From an uncultured cyanobacterium (GTDB lineage Bacteria; Cyanobacteriota; Cyanobacteriia; CAKZMO01), in assembly GCA_963719515.1 (NCBI GenBank), contig CAVRCJ010000010.1:608001-672000 (forward strand): 64,000 nucleotides of DNA. Direction: 5' to 3'. Each line of letters begins with the position of its first letter. The stretch's first letter is position 1. Positions 28,806-37,953 of this stretch are shown piece by piece. A model generated the notes under the pieces. It was not told where the DNA came from. It worked only from the letters and a program-made list of their open reading frames with translations, and made no database searches. Both the position numbers and the translations under genes were made by a program.

Positions 28806-29711
28806 ATGCAGGACGCTCAGACCCAGCTCAAACTCTCCCACCTGCAAATGCTGGTAGCGGTAGCCGACTGCGGCAGCTTCAGCGAGGCGGCCCTCACCCT
28901 CCAGGTGTCGCAGTCGGCGGTGAGCTATGCGATCGCCGCCCTAGAGAGCGAGCTTGGGGTCACGCTGCTGGCCCGAGGCCGCTACGGCGCTCACCCGACG
29001 CCGGTGGGCGAGCAAATTGTGCAGCGATCGCGGCGGGTGATGGACTTGCTCAACGATATTACCCAGCAGGCCAACCTCTCCAAAGGGCTACAGGGGGGCT
29101 ACGTGAGGCTTGCGGCCTTTCGCAGCGCGGCGTCCCACATTTTGCCAGAGGTGATCGCCGAGTTCTGCCGCCGCTACCCCGCGATCGCCGTAAACATTGC
29201 TGAATACGACGATCGCCCCGAGGTCGAAGAGACTTTGCGCCGGGGCCGCGCCGATATTGGCATTACCTATCTGCCTGCCGACCCCGGCCTGGAAACCTGG
29301 GAGCTGCTGCGCGATGAGTTTGTGGTCCTGGTGCCGCCGACCATCCCCCACGAGGAGGAGGCGCTGAGCTGGCCGACCCTCAAACAATATCCGCTGATCA
29401 TGGCTCCGGTGGGAGATTTCTGTGACGCGATGGTCTATGACCACTGCCAGGTCTACGGCGTCGCCCTCCACCCCACCTACCAGGTCCGCTCCGACGCCAC
29501 GATTGTCAACATGGTGGCCAAAGGTCTGGGAATTACCATTAGCCCCCGACTGGCGACGGAGCCAATTCCTGCAGGGGTGAAGGTGTTTAGTCTGCCGGTG
29601 CCGCTGTTTCGCGTCATCAGCGTGGCGACTCTGGAGGGGGCGCTGCTGCCCCCCGCAGCGTTTACCTTTTTAGATTTGCTGCGGGAGATGGTCTGTGAGA
29701 CCCAGCGATAG
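28806..29711 (+). CDS. LysR-family transcriptional regulator
   Basis: GSFSEAALTLQVSQSAVSYAIAALESELGVTL HTH; divergent from the EamA gene. Confidence 0.95.
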   Translation: MQDAQTQLKLSHLQMLVAVADCGSFSEAALTLQVSQSAVSYAIAALESELGVTLLARGRYGAHPTPVGEQIVQRSRRVMDLLNDITQQANLSKGLQGGYVRLAAFRSAASHILPEVIAEFCRRYPAIAVNIAEYDDRPEVEETLRRGRADIGITYLPADPGLETWELLRDEFVVLVPPTIPHEEEALSWPTLKQYPLIMAPVGDFCDAMVYDHCQVYGVALHPTYQVRSDATIVNMVAKGLGITISPRLATEPIPAGVKVFSLPVPLFRVISVATLEGALLPPAAFTFLDLLREMVCETQR

Positions 29712-29714
29712 GGG

Positions 29715-29990
29715 CTACAGCGACCGAATGCGCATCAGGTAGGCCAGCGCCTGCCCTTCCCGGCGGCTGAGCCTCACGCCGTCGCCCCTGATCTCCACAG
29801 GGCCGGTCCAGAGGGACTGCTCCACGGCGTAGCGGTTGATATGCATCAGGTGTATCGTTTCGCGGAGGGCGGGCGGCTAGCCGATGATGATGTGACGCAC
29901 CACCTCGCCGTCGGGGGTGGGCGGGGTTTCGTCTAGGCGAAGCAGTGCCGCCTCGCGGTCGAGGGGCTGGTCAGGGTATATGAATGTCAT
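29715..29990 (-). pseudogene. Small 91-codon ORF with one internal TAG
   Basis: Not in the ORF track. MTFIYPDQPLDREAALLRLDETPPTPDGEVVRHIIIG*PPALRETIHLMHINRYAVEQSLWTGPVEIRGDGVRLSRREGQALAYLMRIRSL*; TAG at 29877-29879; RBS AAAGGA upstream. Confidence 0.7.
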
Positions 29991-30200
29991 TTGGGTTCCT
30001 TTCTTTGTGGATTAGGGAAGAAACCCAAGCTTTGGCCATCCCTGGACGTGACGTGTTTCGGGATGGCACGGGATAATGCCCGTAGCCGCCGAGACAGGTT
30101 AGATCTGTCGAGGGGGTTAGGCGGCGATCATTGGGCTTAACAATGACCGTCGCCGCTGACCAAATACTTGGGAGCCGAACTGCGGGATGCAGCTCTCAAG
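29991..30200 (-). ncRNA. Candidate structured leader RNA (five to six hairpins)
   Basis: Stems on the minus strand: CTTGAGAGC/GCTCCCAAG, GCGACGGTCATTG/CAATGATCGCCGC, GACAG/CTGTC, ACGGG/CCCGT, GCCATCCC/GGGATGGC, TTGGGTTTCTT/AAGGAACCCAA. Confidence 0.5.
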
Positions 30201-30205
30201 AAGTG

Positions 30206-30234
30206 ACAATATCGCATCTAGTACAAACAATCAA
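30206..30234 (-). promoter_or_regulatory. Sigma70-like promoter TTGATT-N17-TATTGT with a LexA-like half-site (TGTACTA) in the spacer
   Basis: -35 at 30229-30234, -10 at 30206-30211, 17-nt spacer. Confidence 0.55.
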
Positions 30235-30255
30235 GCCCGAGTTTTGGTTTTGGCG

Positions 30256-31074
30256 TTATCGCTGAGTCTGCTGGCGCGCCTCTTGGGCTAGCTCTAGCAG
30301 CGCCGCCGGGGTCACCTCCGGCGATCGCCGCTCCCCCTCAGCGCTCAGCCACAGCAAATACTCGATATTTCCGGCAGGCCCCACCAGCGGCGACCAGGTC
30401 ACCCCCGCCACCTGCCAGCCCAGCTCTTGAGCCGCCGCAATCACCCCGGCGATCGCCTCCGCATGCAGCGAGGCCTCCCGCACCACCCCCTTCTTGCCCA
30501 CCTTGTCTTTCCCCACCTCAAACTGGGGCTTGACCAAGGCTACGACTTCTTTGGGCTGCGCTAGCAGCGCCCAAAGCGCAGGCAGCACCTTTGCCAAAGA
30601 AATAAACGAGACGTCAATCACCCCCAGGTCTGCGTCCGGCGGCCCGTCATACAGCAGCTCCGGCGTCAGGTGCCGCAAATTAGTGCGCTCTTTGAGCAGG
30701 ACGCGGCTGTCCTGCCGCAGCTTCCAGGCCACCTGGCCGTACCCCACATCGACGCCGTAGACCTTTTTGGCCCCCGCCTGCAGTAGGCAGTCGGTAAACC
30801 CGCCGGTGGAAATGCCCCCGTCCAGGCAGACGCGATCGCCCACCTGAATCTCAAACGCCGTGAGGGCTTTCGTGAGCTTCTCTCCCCCTCGCGAGACAAA
30901 GGGCGATCGCGCCTTGAGGTCAATTTGGGCAGTGATATCAATGGGGGTACCGGGCTTGTCCACCAGCTGCTGATTGACCCGCACCTCCCCCGCACGAATC
31001 AGCCGCTGCGCCTGCTGGCGAGAGGGACAAAGCTGGCGGTCGACAAGGAGCTGATCGAGGCGCTGTTTGGTCAC
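30256..31074 (-). CDS. tlyA: TlyA-family rRNA methyltransferase (S4 plus FtsJ domains)
   Basis: KQRLDQLLV, FVSRGGEKL, LDGGISTGGFTDCLLQ, DVSFISL, VKPQFE; likely start GTG at 31074. Confidence 0.95.
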   Translation of the reverse strand: MTKQRLDQLLVDRQLCPSRQQAQRLIRAGEVRVNQQLVDKPGTPIDITAQIDLKARSPFVSRGGEKLTKALTAFEIQVGDRVCLDGGISTGGFTDCLLQAGAKKVYGVDVGYGQVAWKLRQDSRVLLKERTNLRHLTPELLYDGPPDADLGVIDVSFISLAKVLPALWALLAQPKEVVALVKPQFEVGKDKVGKKGVVREASLHAEAIAGVIAAAQELGWQVAGVTWSPLVGPAGNIEYLLWLSAEGERRSPEVTPAALLELAQEARQQTQR

Positions 31075-31184
31075 CGGAGTCTTTGGCTGAGCCTGTAACA
31101 ACAAGTTGTCTATTCGACGGTCGCTGGGAGTCGCTGCCTTGGGTGGCTCTTGACGCGGCACAATGAACGACATCCTAATGAATA

Positions 31185-32570
31185 TTGACATCCTCTCCAC
31201 GCAAATCAAAGATTATGCGTGGAGATTCCTTGGGTCACCCCAAAGAGTTCCTGCTTCGCTGCCAGCCAGCTAGACTGAGTTACCCCAGCCCCCGCCGCAT
31301 CGACTCCACAGGCAGTTTCTATTCCCCGTTGCCCACGGGTACTAATCACTTGTGCTGTCGCCACATCCCTCGGCTTGAGTGAACCGCAAGAGCGGCAGTG
31401 CGATATTCGGGTGCTCAGGTCTTTGCGCACCTGCGCGCCGCAATCGGGGCACTCCTGAGAGGTGCCCCTCGGGTCCACCTTGCCGTAGTAGACATCACGC
31501 TTCCAGCACACCCAGGGCAACACCTGATTGGTGAACTGCCCCAGGCCAGCGTCAAGGATGTGTTTGCCCAGCATCCCTTTCGCCATGATGCGGAAGTCGA
31601 GGTCTTCGACAAACACAGCGCCTGCGCCATCACACAGATGATGAGCTAGCTTGTAGTGCCAGTCCTTGCGGGTGTCGGCAATGCGCTGATGCACTCTCGA
31701 TATCTTCTTCTGCAGCTTCAGCCAGTTGTTGCTCCCCTTGCGCTTAGTTTTGAGTCTACGTTGCAGCGATTTCAGCTTGCGGTGCAGCTCGTCGAAAAAG
31801 CGGGGTCGCTTGACCTGCTCGCCGTCAGAAGTCGAGAGGAAGTATTCAAGGCCCACATCGATGCCAACCGGGTGGCCATGGAACGGCACAGCGGGGACAT
31901 CGATGTCGGTTTCTAGCGACAGCATGACAAAGTAGCCCGACGCTTTGCGGACGATGCGGGCCTGCTTGACGGTGAACAGCGCCGGTATCTCACGGGACCA
32001 ACGAACCCGTACCCAGCCCAACTGAGGCAGCTTGATGCCATCCGCGCTGATGCAGTTCTTGAGCATCTGCGGAAAGACCAAACTCCGCATCCGGTTAGGC
32101 TGCTTGAAACGAGGAAATCCCGACCGTTTCAGTCGCCACGCCTCCCACGCTATTTCTAGCTTCCTCAACACCTGCTGCAGCACCTGTGCATTAACGCTCT
32201 TTAGCACCTCAAAAGTCTGCTTAGCCGCCGTCAGCCGCTTGGCCTGCTTTGGGTAACTAGGGAACGGCTCATCTGCTGGAAGAATGTACTCACCCCGCAG
32301 TGAGCAAGCGTTGACAGGTGACTTGCGGGAATCTAGCCAGTCTTTGCGTTCCCGTAGGGCGAAGTTCCAGACGTTGCGACACACCGACAAACTGTGCTCA
32401 ATCTCCGCAACTTGCTTAGCGGTCGGCTCTAGCTTGAATTCCCACGTCATGTTTAGCATGTCTACATCCTAGCATCGCACTCTGTAGATTGCTCGCCTTT
32501 GACTCGCGGAGCTGCTACACCACCCCCTAACCGCTGCGCGGTATAGTCGGAGTACTGCAACTCATTTTTG
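31185..32570 (-). mobile_element. IS200/IS605-family element, tnpB only (no tnpA)
   Basis: Right end is clear: GAAT, hairpin CTCCACGCA...TGCGTGGAG, AGGATGTCAA. Left end is tentative: CTAT|CAAAAATGAGTTGCAGTA then a hairpin with ACCGC/GCGGT. Confidence 0.75.
31206..32459 (-). CDS. tnpB: RNA-guided endonuclease TnpB
   Basis: RuvC motifs GIDVG, VEDL, PRDVATA; Zn finger CPDCG...CRSCG; GFPRFK. Confidence 0.95.
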   Translation of the reverse strand: MLNMTWEFKLEPTAKQVAEIEHSLSVCRNVWNFALRERKDWLDSRKSPVNACSLRGEYILPADEPFPSYPKQAKRLTAAKQTFEVLKSVNAQVLQQVLRKLEIAWEAWRLKRSGFPRFKQPNRMRSLVFPQMLKNCISADGIKLPQLGWVRVRWSREIPALFTVKQARIVRKASGYFVMLSLETDIDVPAVPFHGHPVGIDVGLEYFLSTSDGEQVKRPRFFDELHRKLKSLQRRLKTKRKGSNNWLKLQKKISRVHQRIADTRKDWHYKLAHHLCDGAGAVFVEDLDFRIMAKGMLGKHILDAGLGQFTNQVLPWVCWKRDVYYGKVDPRGTSQECPDCGAQVRKDLSTRISHCRSCGSLKPRDVATAQVISTRGQRGIETACGVDAAGAGVTQSSWLAAKQELFGVTQGISTHNL

Positions 32571-32608
32571 ATAGAGCATTGACGGTTCACCAAGCAGGTA
32601 TCTGGGGC

Positions 32609-34018
32609 GTGACAATAGCTGACGACGACAACTCCACGACACAAGCCTCCGCGACACAAACAGCGTCCCGTCAAGAGCTGCGAGAGCTAGTGCGACGGCA
32701 GCTGCAGGCTTTGCTGGAGCAAAACAACCTCCAGGGCGCTAAGGCGCTGCTGATTCCGGTGCAGCCCGCCGATATCGCCGACGCTATCGAAGGATTGCCG
32801 GAAACCATGCAGGCGATCGCCTTTCGGCTACTGCTCAAAAGCGAGGCCATCGAAGTCTACGAGCACCTAGACTCCAGCGTGCAGCAGTCGCTGCTGGAGA
32901 AGTTCAAGCGCCAAGAGGTGCTCAACATCGTCGACGAGATGTCGCCGGACGATCGGGCGAGGCTGTTTGACGAGCTGCCCGCCAAAGTGATCACCCGGCT
33001 GCTGTCGCAGATGAGCGTGGAAGAGCGCCGCTCTACGGCTCAGCTGCTGGGCTACGAGGCCGACACTGCTGGCCGGATGATGACCCCGGAATACGTGGCC
33101 CTCAAGGAAAGCTGGACGGTAGCCCAGGCGCTGGACCGCATCCGCAGTCTGGCCCACGTCAGCGAAACCATCTACTCCCTCTACGTCATCGACCGGGCCC
33201 GCCAGCTCACCGGCATTCTGTCCCTGCGAGATCTGGTGATTGCCCAGCCCGAGCAGACCATCGGCGACATCATGGTGCGGGAATTCGTCTATGTGCAGAC
33301 GGACAGTGACCGGGAGGAAGCGGCCCGGCTGATCCAGCGCTACGACTTTTTGGCGCTGCCGGTGGTGGATACGGAAAAGCGGCTGGTGGGTATTGTCACC
33401 GTGGACGATATTTTGGACGTGCTGGAGGAGGAGACCACCGAAGACATTTACACTCTAGGCGGGGTGCAGTCTGGGGCCGACAGCTACTTCCAGACCAATC
33501 TGCTCACCGTGGCGCGGCGGCGGGTGGTGTGGCTGTTTATTTTGCTGATTACCAGCATCGCCACCAGCGCCGTGATTCGCAGCCAGGAGGCGGTGTTAGA
33601 CCGGTTTGTGGCCCTGACGGCGTTTATTCCGCTGTTGATTAGCGCCGGGGGCAACGTGGGGGCGCAGTCTTCTACGGTAGTCATTCGGGGTCTGAACACC
33701 GACGAGGTGAACCTGAAAAAGGCGGCGCAGGTCATTCGCCGGGAGGCGATCGCCGGGACGCTGTTGGGGGTGATGCTGGGGTTTGCGGCCATGCTGGTGG
33801 CCTATAGCCTGCAGGGAAACTTTCCGGTGGCGGCGATCGTGGGGGTGAGTTTGGTGGGGATTTCGATCATGGCGTCGGTGGCGGGCTCAGCGCTACCGAT
33901 GCTGTTTCAAAAGGTGGGGTTTGACCCGGCGCTGATGTCGGCCCCGTTCATCACGACGGCGGTGGATGTGCTGGGGGTGACCATCTATCTGGGAATTGCG
34001 CGACTCGTGTTGCTGTAG
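32609..34018 (+). CDS. mgtE: Magnesium transporter MgtE
   Basis: MgtE N-domain, CBS pair, GGNVGAQSS, DPALMSAPFITTAVD; likely start GTG at 32609. Confidence 0.96.
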   Translation: MTIADDDNSTTQASATQTASRQELRELVRRQLQALLEQNNLQGAKALLIPVQPADIADAIEGLPETMQAIAFRLLLKSEAIEVYEHLDSSVQQSLLEKFKRQEVLNIVDEMSPDDRARLFDELPAKVITRLLSQMSVEERRSTAQLLGYEADTAGRMMTPEYVALKESWTVAQALDRIRSLAHVSETIYSLYVIDRARQLTGILSLRDLVIAQPEQTIGDIMVREFVYVQTDSDREEAARLIQRYDFLALPVVDTEKRLVGIVTVDDILDVLEEETTEDIYTLGGVQSGADSYFQTNLLTVARRRVVWLFILLITSIATSAVIRSQEAVLDRFVALTAFIPLLISAGGNVGAQSSTVVIRGLNTDEVNLKKAAQVIRREAIAGTLLGVMLGFAAMLVAYSLQGNFPVAAIVGVSLVGISIMASVAGSALPMLFQKVGFDPALMSAPFITTAVDVLGVTIYLGIARLVLL

Positions 34019-34037
34019 CGCTGCCGCCCCACAAAGT

Positions 34038-34082
34038 TTAGGTAAACCGGCGCTTAGGTAAACCGGCGCTTAGGCAAACCGG
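34038..34082. repeat. 16-nt tandem repeat duplicating the 3' end of the 34070-34372 gene
   Basis: ttaggtaaaccggcgc x2 plus ttaggcaaaccgg. Confidence 0.9.
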
Positions 34083-34372
34083 TTGTCAAAGGAGGCGATC
34101 GCCCCCACGTCGTCCATCTCGATATCAAAGTCTGGGTCCGGATCGACAGGCTGCTCTGACCCTAGCTTGGCTAGGGGCCTGTTGGAAAGTTCGGGTAGCC
34201 TGGTCGGGGAAGCGGGGAGGGCCGGCGCTGCTGCCCTCAGTTCGGCCTGCATCTTAGCCGGGTCGCAGCGCTTCCAGAGGTTAACGAGGCCCAGGGCAAA
34301 CCCTGTCGTTAGCCAGCTCGCGCTCCCCAGGGCAAGCGCTTCAAGGGCGAAGGTCAACAGGCTTTGGGTCAT
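34070..34372 (-). CDS. Small hypothetical protein with an N-terminal TM helix
   Basis: 100-aa ORF, hydrophobic N-terminus, acidic tail. Confidence 0.65.
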   Translation of the reverse strand: MTQSLLTFALEALALGSASWLTTGFALGLVNLWKRCDPAKMQAELRAAAPALPASPTRLPELSNRPLAKLGSEQPVDPDPDFDIEMDDVGAIASFDNRFA

Positions 34373-34552
34373 GACGTTAGAAGCAGGAAACGATACTGCT
34401 TATAGTTATACAGCAGGGGCGGCTTCAGGCCTGAGCGCTCTAGCGATAGCGACCCCTAGCGGTCACAATATGCTCAAACTGAGAGCCGCCCTCCGGCAAC
34501 TCGCGAATGCTAAGATCGTGCAGCTCATTCCACTATTACTATCGCGATTGCT

Positions 34553-34738
34553 ATGACCAGTCCAAATGGCCGAGAGAATAAGCGCATCATTCTGTCTATT
34601 TTCGGCGTAGCGCTTCTGATAACAGCCGTCATCATCATCCTCAAGGGGTTTGGCGTTCTGGCCGCAATTCCCACCTTCGTAATCTGGGCGCTAGTTCTGA
34701 TTACCGTCGGCGTCGGCATCTTGGCGGGCATGGGATAA
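34553..34738 (+). CDS. Small membrane protein with two TM helices
   Basis: 61 aa, two hydrophobic helices. Confidence 0.7.
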   Translation: MTSPNGRENKRIILSIFGVALLITAVIIILKGFGVLAAIPTFVIWALVLITVGVGILAGMG

Positions 34739-34743
34739 CCTCC

Positions 34744-37700
34744 CTAGGGCCTTGCGGCCTTCTCCAGCGATCGCCTTACCGCTTTGCGTCGCCGTCGTTT
34801 CATCAGGCTGCCGAGCCCGTCTTGAAACGCATCTACATAGGTAAAGATCACGGGCACTACCACCAGGGTGAGTAGCGTAGAGGTGGTAAACCCACCAATA
34901 ACGGCGATCGCCATGGGGCTGCGGGTTTCAGACCCGGCCCCTAGCTCCAAGGCAATGGGCAGCATACCCGCAATAGTCGCCAGGGCGGTCATCAGGATAG
35001 GCCGCAGGCGAGACACGCCGGCCTCTAGGGCGGCCTGAGTGCGCGACTTGCCTTCCTGCTTATTGAGCAGGGCGTAGTCTACCAGCAGAATTGAGTTCTT
35101 CGTCACGATTCCCATCAGCAGCACGACGCCGATGAGGGCAAACAGCCCCAGCTCTTTTTGAGCCACCAGCAGCCCCAGCAGCGCGCCGCCAATGGACAGA
35201 GGCAGGGCCACCATGATGGTCAACGGGTGGAGAAATCCGTTGTAGAGCAGCACCAAAATGGCGTAGATGCAGAGCACCGCCGTCCCCAACGCCAGCCCAA
35301 AGCGGCTAAAGATATCTTGCATAATTTCCGCGTCCCCCGAGGGCTGCTGCGACACGCTATCGGGCAGAGCCTCGAAGGCAGGCAGAGCGCTTACGGCGTC
35401 TAGCCCCTCCCCTAAAGAGAGACCCTGCAGGTTCGCCCCCAAGGTGACCTGACGGGAGCGATCGTAGCGGTCGATTTGGGCGGGGCCAGAGCCAAGGGTA
35501 ACCTCTGCAACTGCCGCCAAGGGCACCAGACTGCCACTGCGGCTGGGGACTCTGAGATTGCGAATCGCGTCTATATCGTTGCGCTGGGCCGGGTCAATCT
35601 GCACGCGAATAGGAATTTGACGGTCGGGGAGGTCGAACTTAGCTAGGTTGGCGGCGTTGTCGCCCAGGGTGGCGAGGGACGCCGTACGGGCGATCGCCTG
35701 CACCGACACGCCCAGATCGGCGGCGCGGGCCGGATCGGGGCGAATCAGCAGCTCCGGCTTCACCAGGCTGGCGCTGGAGCTTACCTCAACCAAGCCTGGA
35801 ACGGCTTTCATTTGCTGCTCAAGCGCGCGGACAGACTGCAGCAGCTCCTCGGGGACGTCGCCCTTCAGCACCAGGCTGAGGTCCTTGCCGCCGCCGCCCG
35901 CCCCTTGACTTTCGAAGCTGATGCGCGCGCCGGGAATCGTCCTAAACTGCTCCCGCAGAGCCGACTCAAAGTCCTGCTGCGACTCACGCTCCGATTTGGG
36001 CTTTAAGTTGACGTAGACGGTGGCGGTGTTGACGCTTCGCGACGGGCCGCTGCTCCCGCCTACAGTGCTCAGCACTGAATCTGTTGCGGGCTGTTCGCTC
36101 AGCAGAGCCGTCAGCCGCTGCGTCACCCCATCGGTCTCTTCTAAGGTGGCACCGGGGGGCAGCTCGACCGCAACGGTCGCCAGTCCCGTATCCCCGCTGT
36201 CAAAGAGCCCTTTGGGAATGTAGGGCAACAGCTGTAGGCTGCCCACGAAAAAGGCGATCGCCAGCAGCAGGGTAATGGCCCGGTGGCGCAAGGCCCAGAC
36301 CAAAATGCGCTGGTAGGGACCAATTCGGGGGTGAGTTATAGCTGATACTGAGGCGCTGTCGCTGCGGTCTGCTTTAGAGCGCGACGCCCCTCGCCCCCCG
36401 CGCGATCGTGACCTCAGCAGCCGCGCGCCCAGTAAATTGGTCATCGTGCGGGCCACCAGCGTCGAAAACATTACCGATACCGACACCACCACCCCAAAGG
36501 GCTGAAAGAACTGCCCTGGTATCCCCCCCATAAACGCGACGGGAATAAACACAGCGACAATAGTAGCCGTGGTGGCAATTACCGCTAACCCAATTTCCGC
36601 TGAAGCGTCTAGCGCCGCCTTTAGGGGCGGCTTGCCCATGGCGATGTGCTGCTCAATATTTTCAATCTCGACAATGGCGTCATCCACCAAGATGCCCACG
36701 GCTAGGGCCAGAGCCAGCAGGGTCATGCCGTTCAGGGTGTAGTCAAACAGGTTCATCACCGCAAAGGTGGGGATGATGGAAAGGGGCAGGGTCGCCGCCG
36801 TAATTAGGGTCGGTCGCCAATCGCGCAGGAAGCAGCCCACCACCACCACCGTCAGCAGCGCCCCGATTACCAGAGCATCGATAGTGGCTTGGTAGGACTC
36901 GCGCACGTCGTTGGCGCGGGTGACGATCAGGTCTAAGGTGACGTCGTCTAGGGTACCTTGCAGGGTCTCCACCTTGGCCCGCACGCCCTCTTCGACGGAC
37001 ACTAAGCTGGTGCCCGTACTGCGCAGTACCGAAAAGGCCACCACCGGTTCGCCGTTGTAGCGGGCCAGCTGGCTCAGTTCAGCGTAGCCGTCCATCACGC
37101 TCCCCAAGCTGTTTAGCGGCACGCTGCTGCCGCTGGGCAACACAATTTTGTACGCTTGCAGGGCCTCCACCGTGGGGGCACTCCCCAAGGTGCGAATGTT
37201 GGTTTCCCCGGTGCTCAGGTCTGTGCGGCCTCCCGGTAGATTGATGTTGAAGTCGCGAATCTGGCTGTTGACCTCGCTTGCGGTGATGCCGAGAGCCCGC
37301 AGCCTCTGAGGGTCTAGGTCTACCCGAATCTCCCGCTCAACGCCGCCAACGCGCTGCACCTGGGCGACCCCCGGCACATCGAGCAGGGCGCGGCTGATGG
37401 TGCGGTCCACCAGATCGCTCAGCTCCTCCACCGATCGCGTCTCAGAGCCGACGGCGTAGGTCATGATGGATCCCCCCGCAAACTCCAGACGCTGCACCAC
37501 TGGGTCATTGATGTCTAGGGGCAGATCCTGGCGAATTTGGGCGATCGCGTTGCGGACGTCGTTGGTGGCGCGATCGCTGTCGGTCCCCAGGTCAAAGCTG
37601 ACCAGCGTTGTAGAGATGCCGTCATCAATAGTGGAGGTAAGGCTGTCAATATTGCCAATGCCCGCCACCGCATCTTCAATCTTCTGGGTGACTTGAGATT

Positions 37701-37878
37701 CAAGCTCTGCCGGTCCGGCCCCCTGCTGGGTTACCGTCACCTGCACCGCCGGAATATCGATGTTGGGCGTATCATCGATGCCCAGCTGGGTAAACCCCAG
37801 CCAGCCGGCCAGGGTCAAGATTAAAAATAGGACCAGAGTCGGAATGGGCTTGCGGATGGACCAGGCAGAAAGGCTCAT
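34744..37878 (-). CDS. RND efflux permease (AcrB/AcrD/AcrF family)
   Basis: 1044 aa; GILVDDAIVEIEN, GIVTKNSILLVD, RLRPILMT. Confidence 0.96.
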   Translation of the reverse strand: MSLSAWSIRKPIPTLVLFLILTLAGWLGFTQLGIDDTPNIDIPAVQVTVTQQGAGPAELESQVTQKIEDAVAGIGNIDSLTSTIDDGISTTLVSFDLGTDSDRATNDVRNAIAQIRQDLPLDINDPVVQRLEFAGGSIMTYAVGSETRSVEELSDLVDRTISRALLDVPGVAQVQRVGGVEREIRVDLDPQRLRALGITASEVNSQIRDFNINLPGGRTDLSTGETNIRTLGSAPTVEALQAYKIVLPSGSSVPLNSLGSVMDGYAELSQLARYNGEPVVAFSVLRSTGTSLVSVEEGVRAKVETLQGTLDDVTLDLIVTRANDVRESYQATIDALVIGALLTVVVVGCFLRDWRPTLITAATLPLSIIPTFAVMNLFDYTLNGMTLLALALAVGILVDDAIVEIENIEQHIAMGKPPLKAALDASAEIGLAVIATTATIVAVFIPVAFMGGIPGQFFQPFGVVVSVSVMFSTLVARTMTNLLGARLLRSRSRGGRGASRSKADRSDSASVSAITHPRIGPYQRILVWALRHRAITLLLAIAFFVGSLQLLPYIPKGLFDSGDTGLATVAVELPPGATLEETDGVTQRLTALLSEQPATDSVLSTVGGSSGPSRSVNTATVYVNLKPKSERESQQDFESALREQFRTIPGARISFESQGAGGGGKDLSLVLKGDVPEELLQSVRALEQQMKAVPGLVEVSSSASLVKPELLIRPDPARAADLGVSVQAIARTASLATLGDNAANLAKFDLPDRQIPIRVQIDPAQRNDIDAIRNLRVPSRSGSLVPLAAVAEVTLGSGPAQIDRYDRSRQVTLGANLQGLSLGEGLDAVSALPAFEALPDSVSQQPSGDAEIMQDIFSRFGLALGTAVLCIYAILVLLYNGFLHPLTIMVALPLSIGGALLGLLVAQKELGLFALIGVVLLMGIVTKNSILLVDYALLNKQEGKSRTQAALEAGVSRLRPILMTALATIAGMLPIALELGAGSETRSPMAIAVIGGFTTSTLLTLVVVPVIFTYVDAFQDGLGSLMKRRRRKAVRRSLEKAARP

Positions 37879-37953
37879 GGGGATAGCAAAAGATTAGGGG
37901 AACCTCGAAAGGCTAAAGCGGTATTGTTCCAAACTAGTTCGAACTAGTTCGAA

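Noticed and set aside
29877..29879. Pyrrolysine or other recoding of in-frame TAG codons (also at 11935)
   Set aside because: No recoding machinery is visible, TAG ends many normal genes here, and the WYL gene has further lesions.
31075..31209. N-terminal extension of TlyA shown in the ORF track
   Set aside because: It runs into the IS right end; family similarity starts at VTKQRLD (31074).
31206..32459. Cas12f or nuclease-dead TnpB derivative (same question for 47565-48749)
   Set aside because: Both proteins keep the RuvC D-E-D residues, have IS605 right ends, and have no adjacent array.
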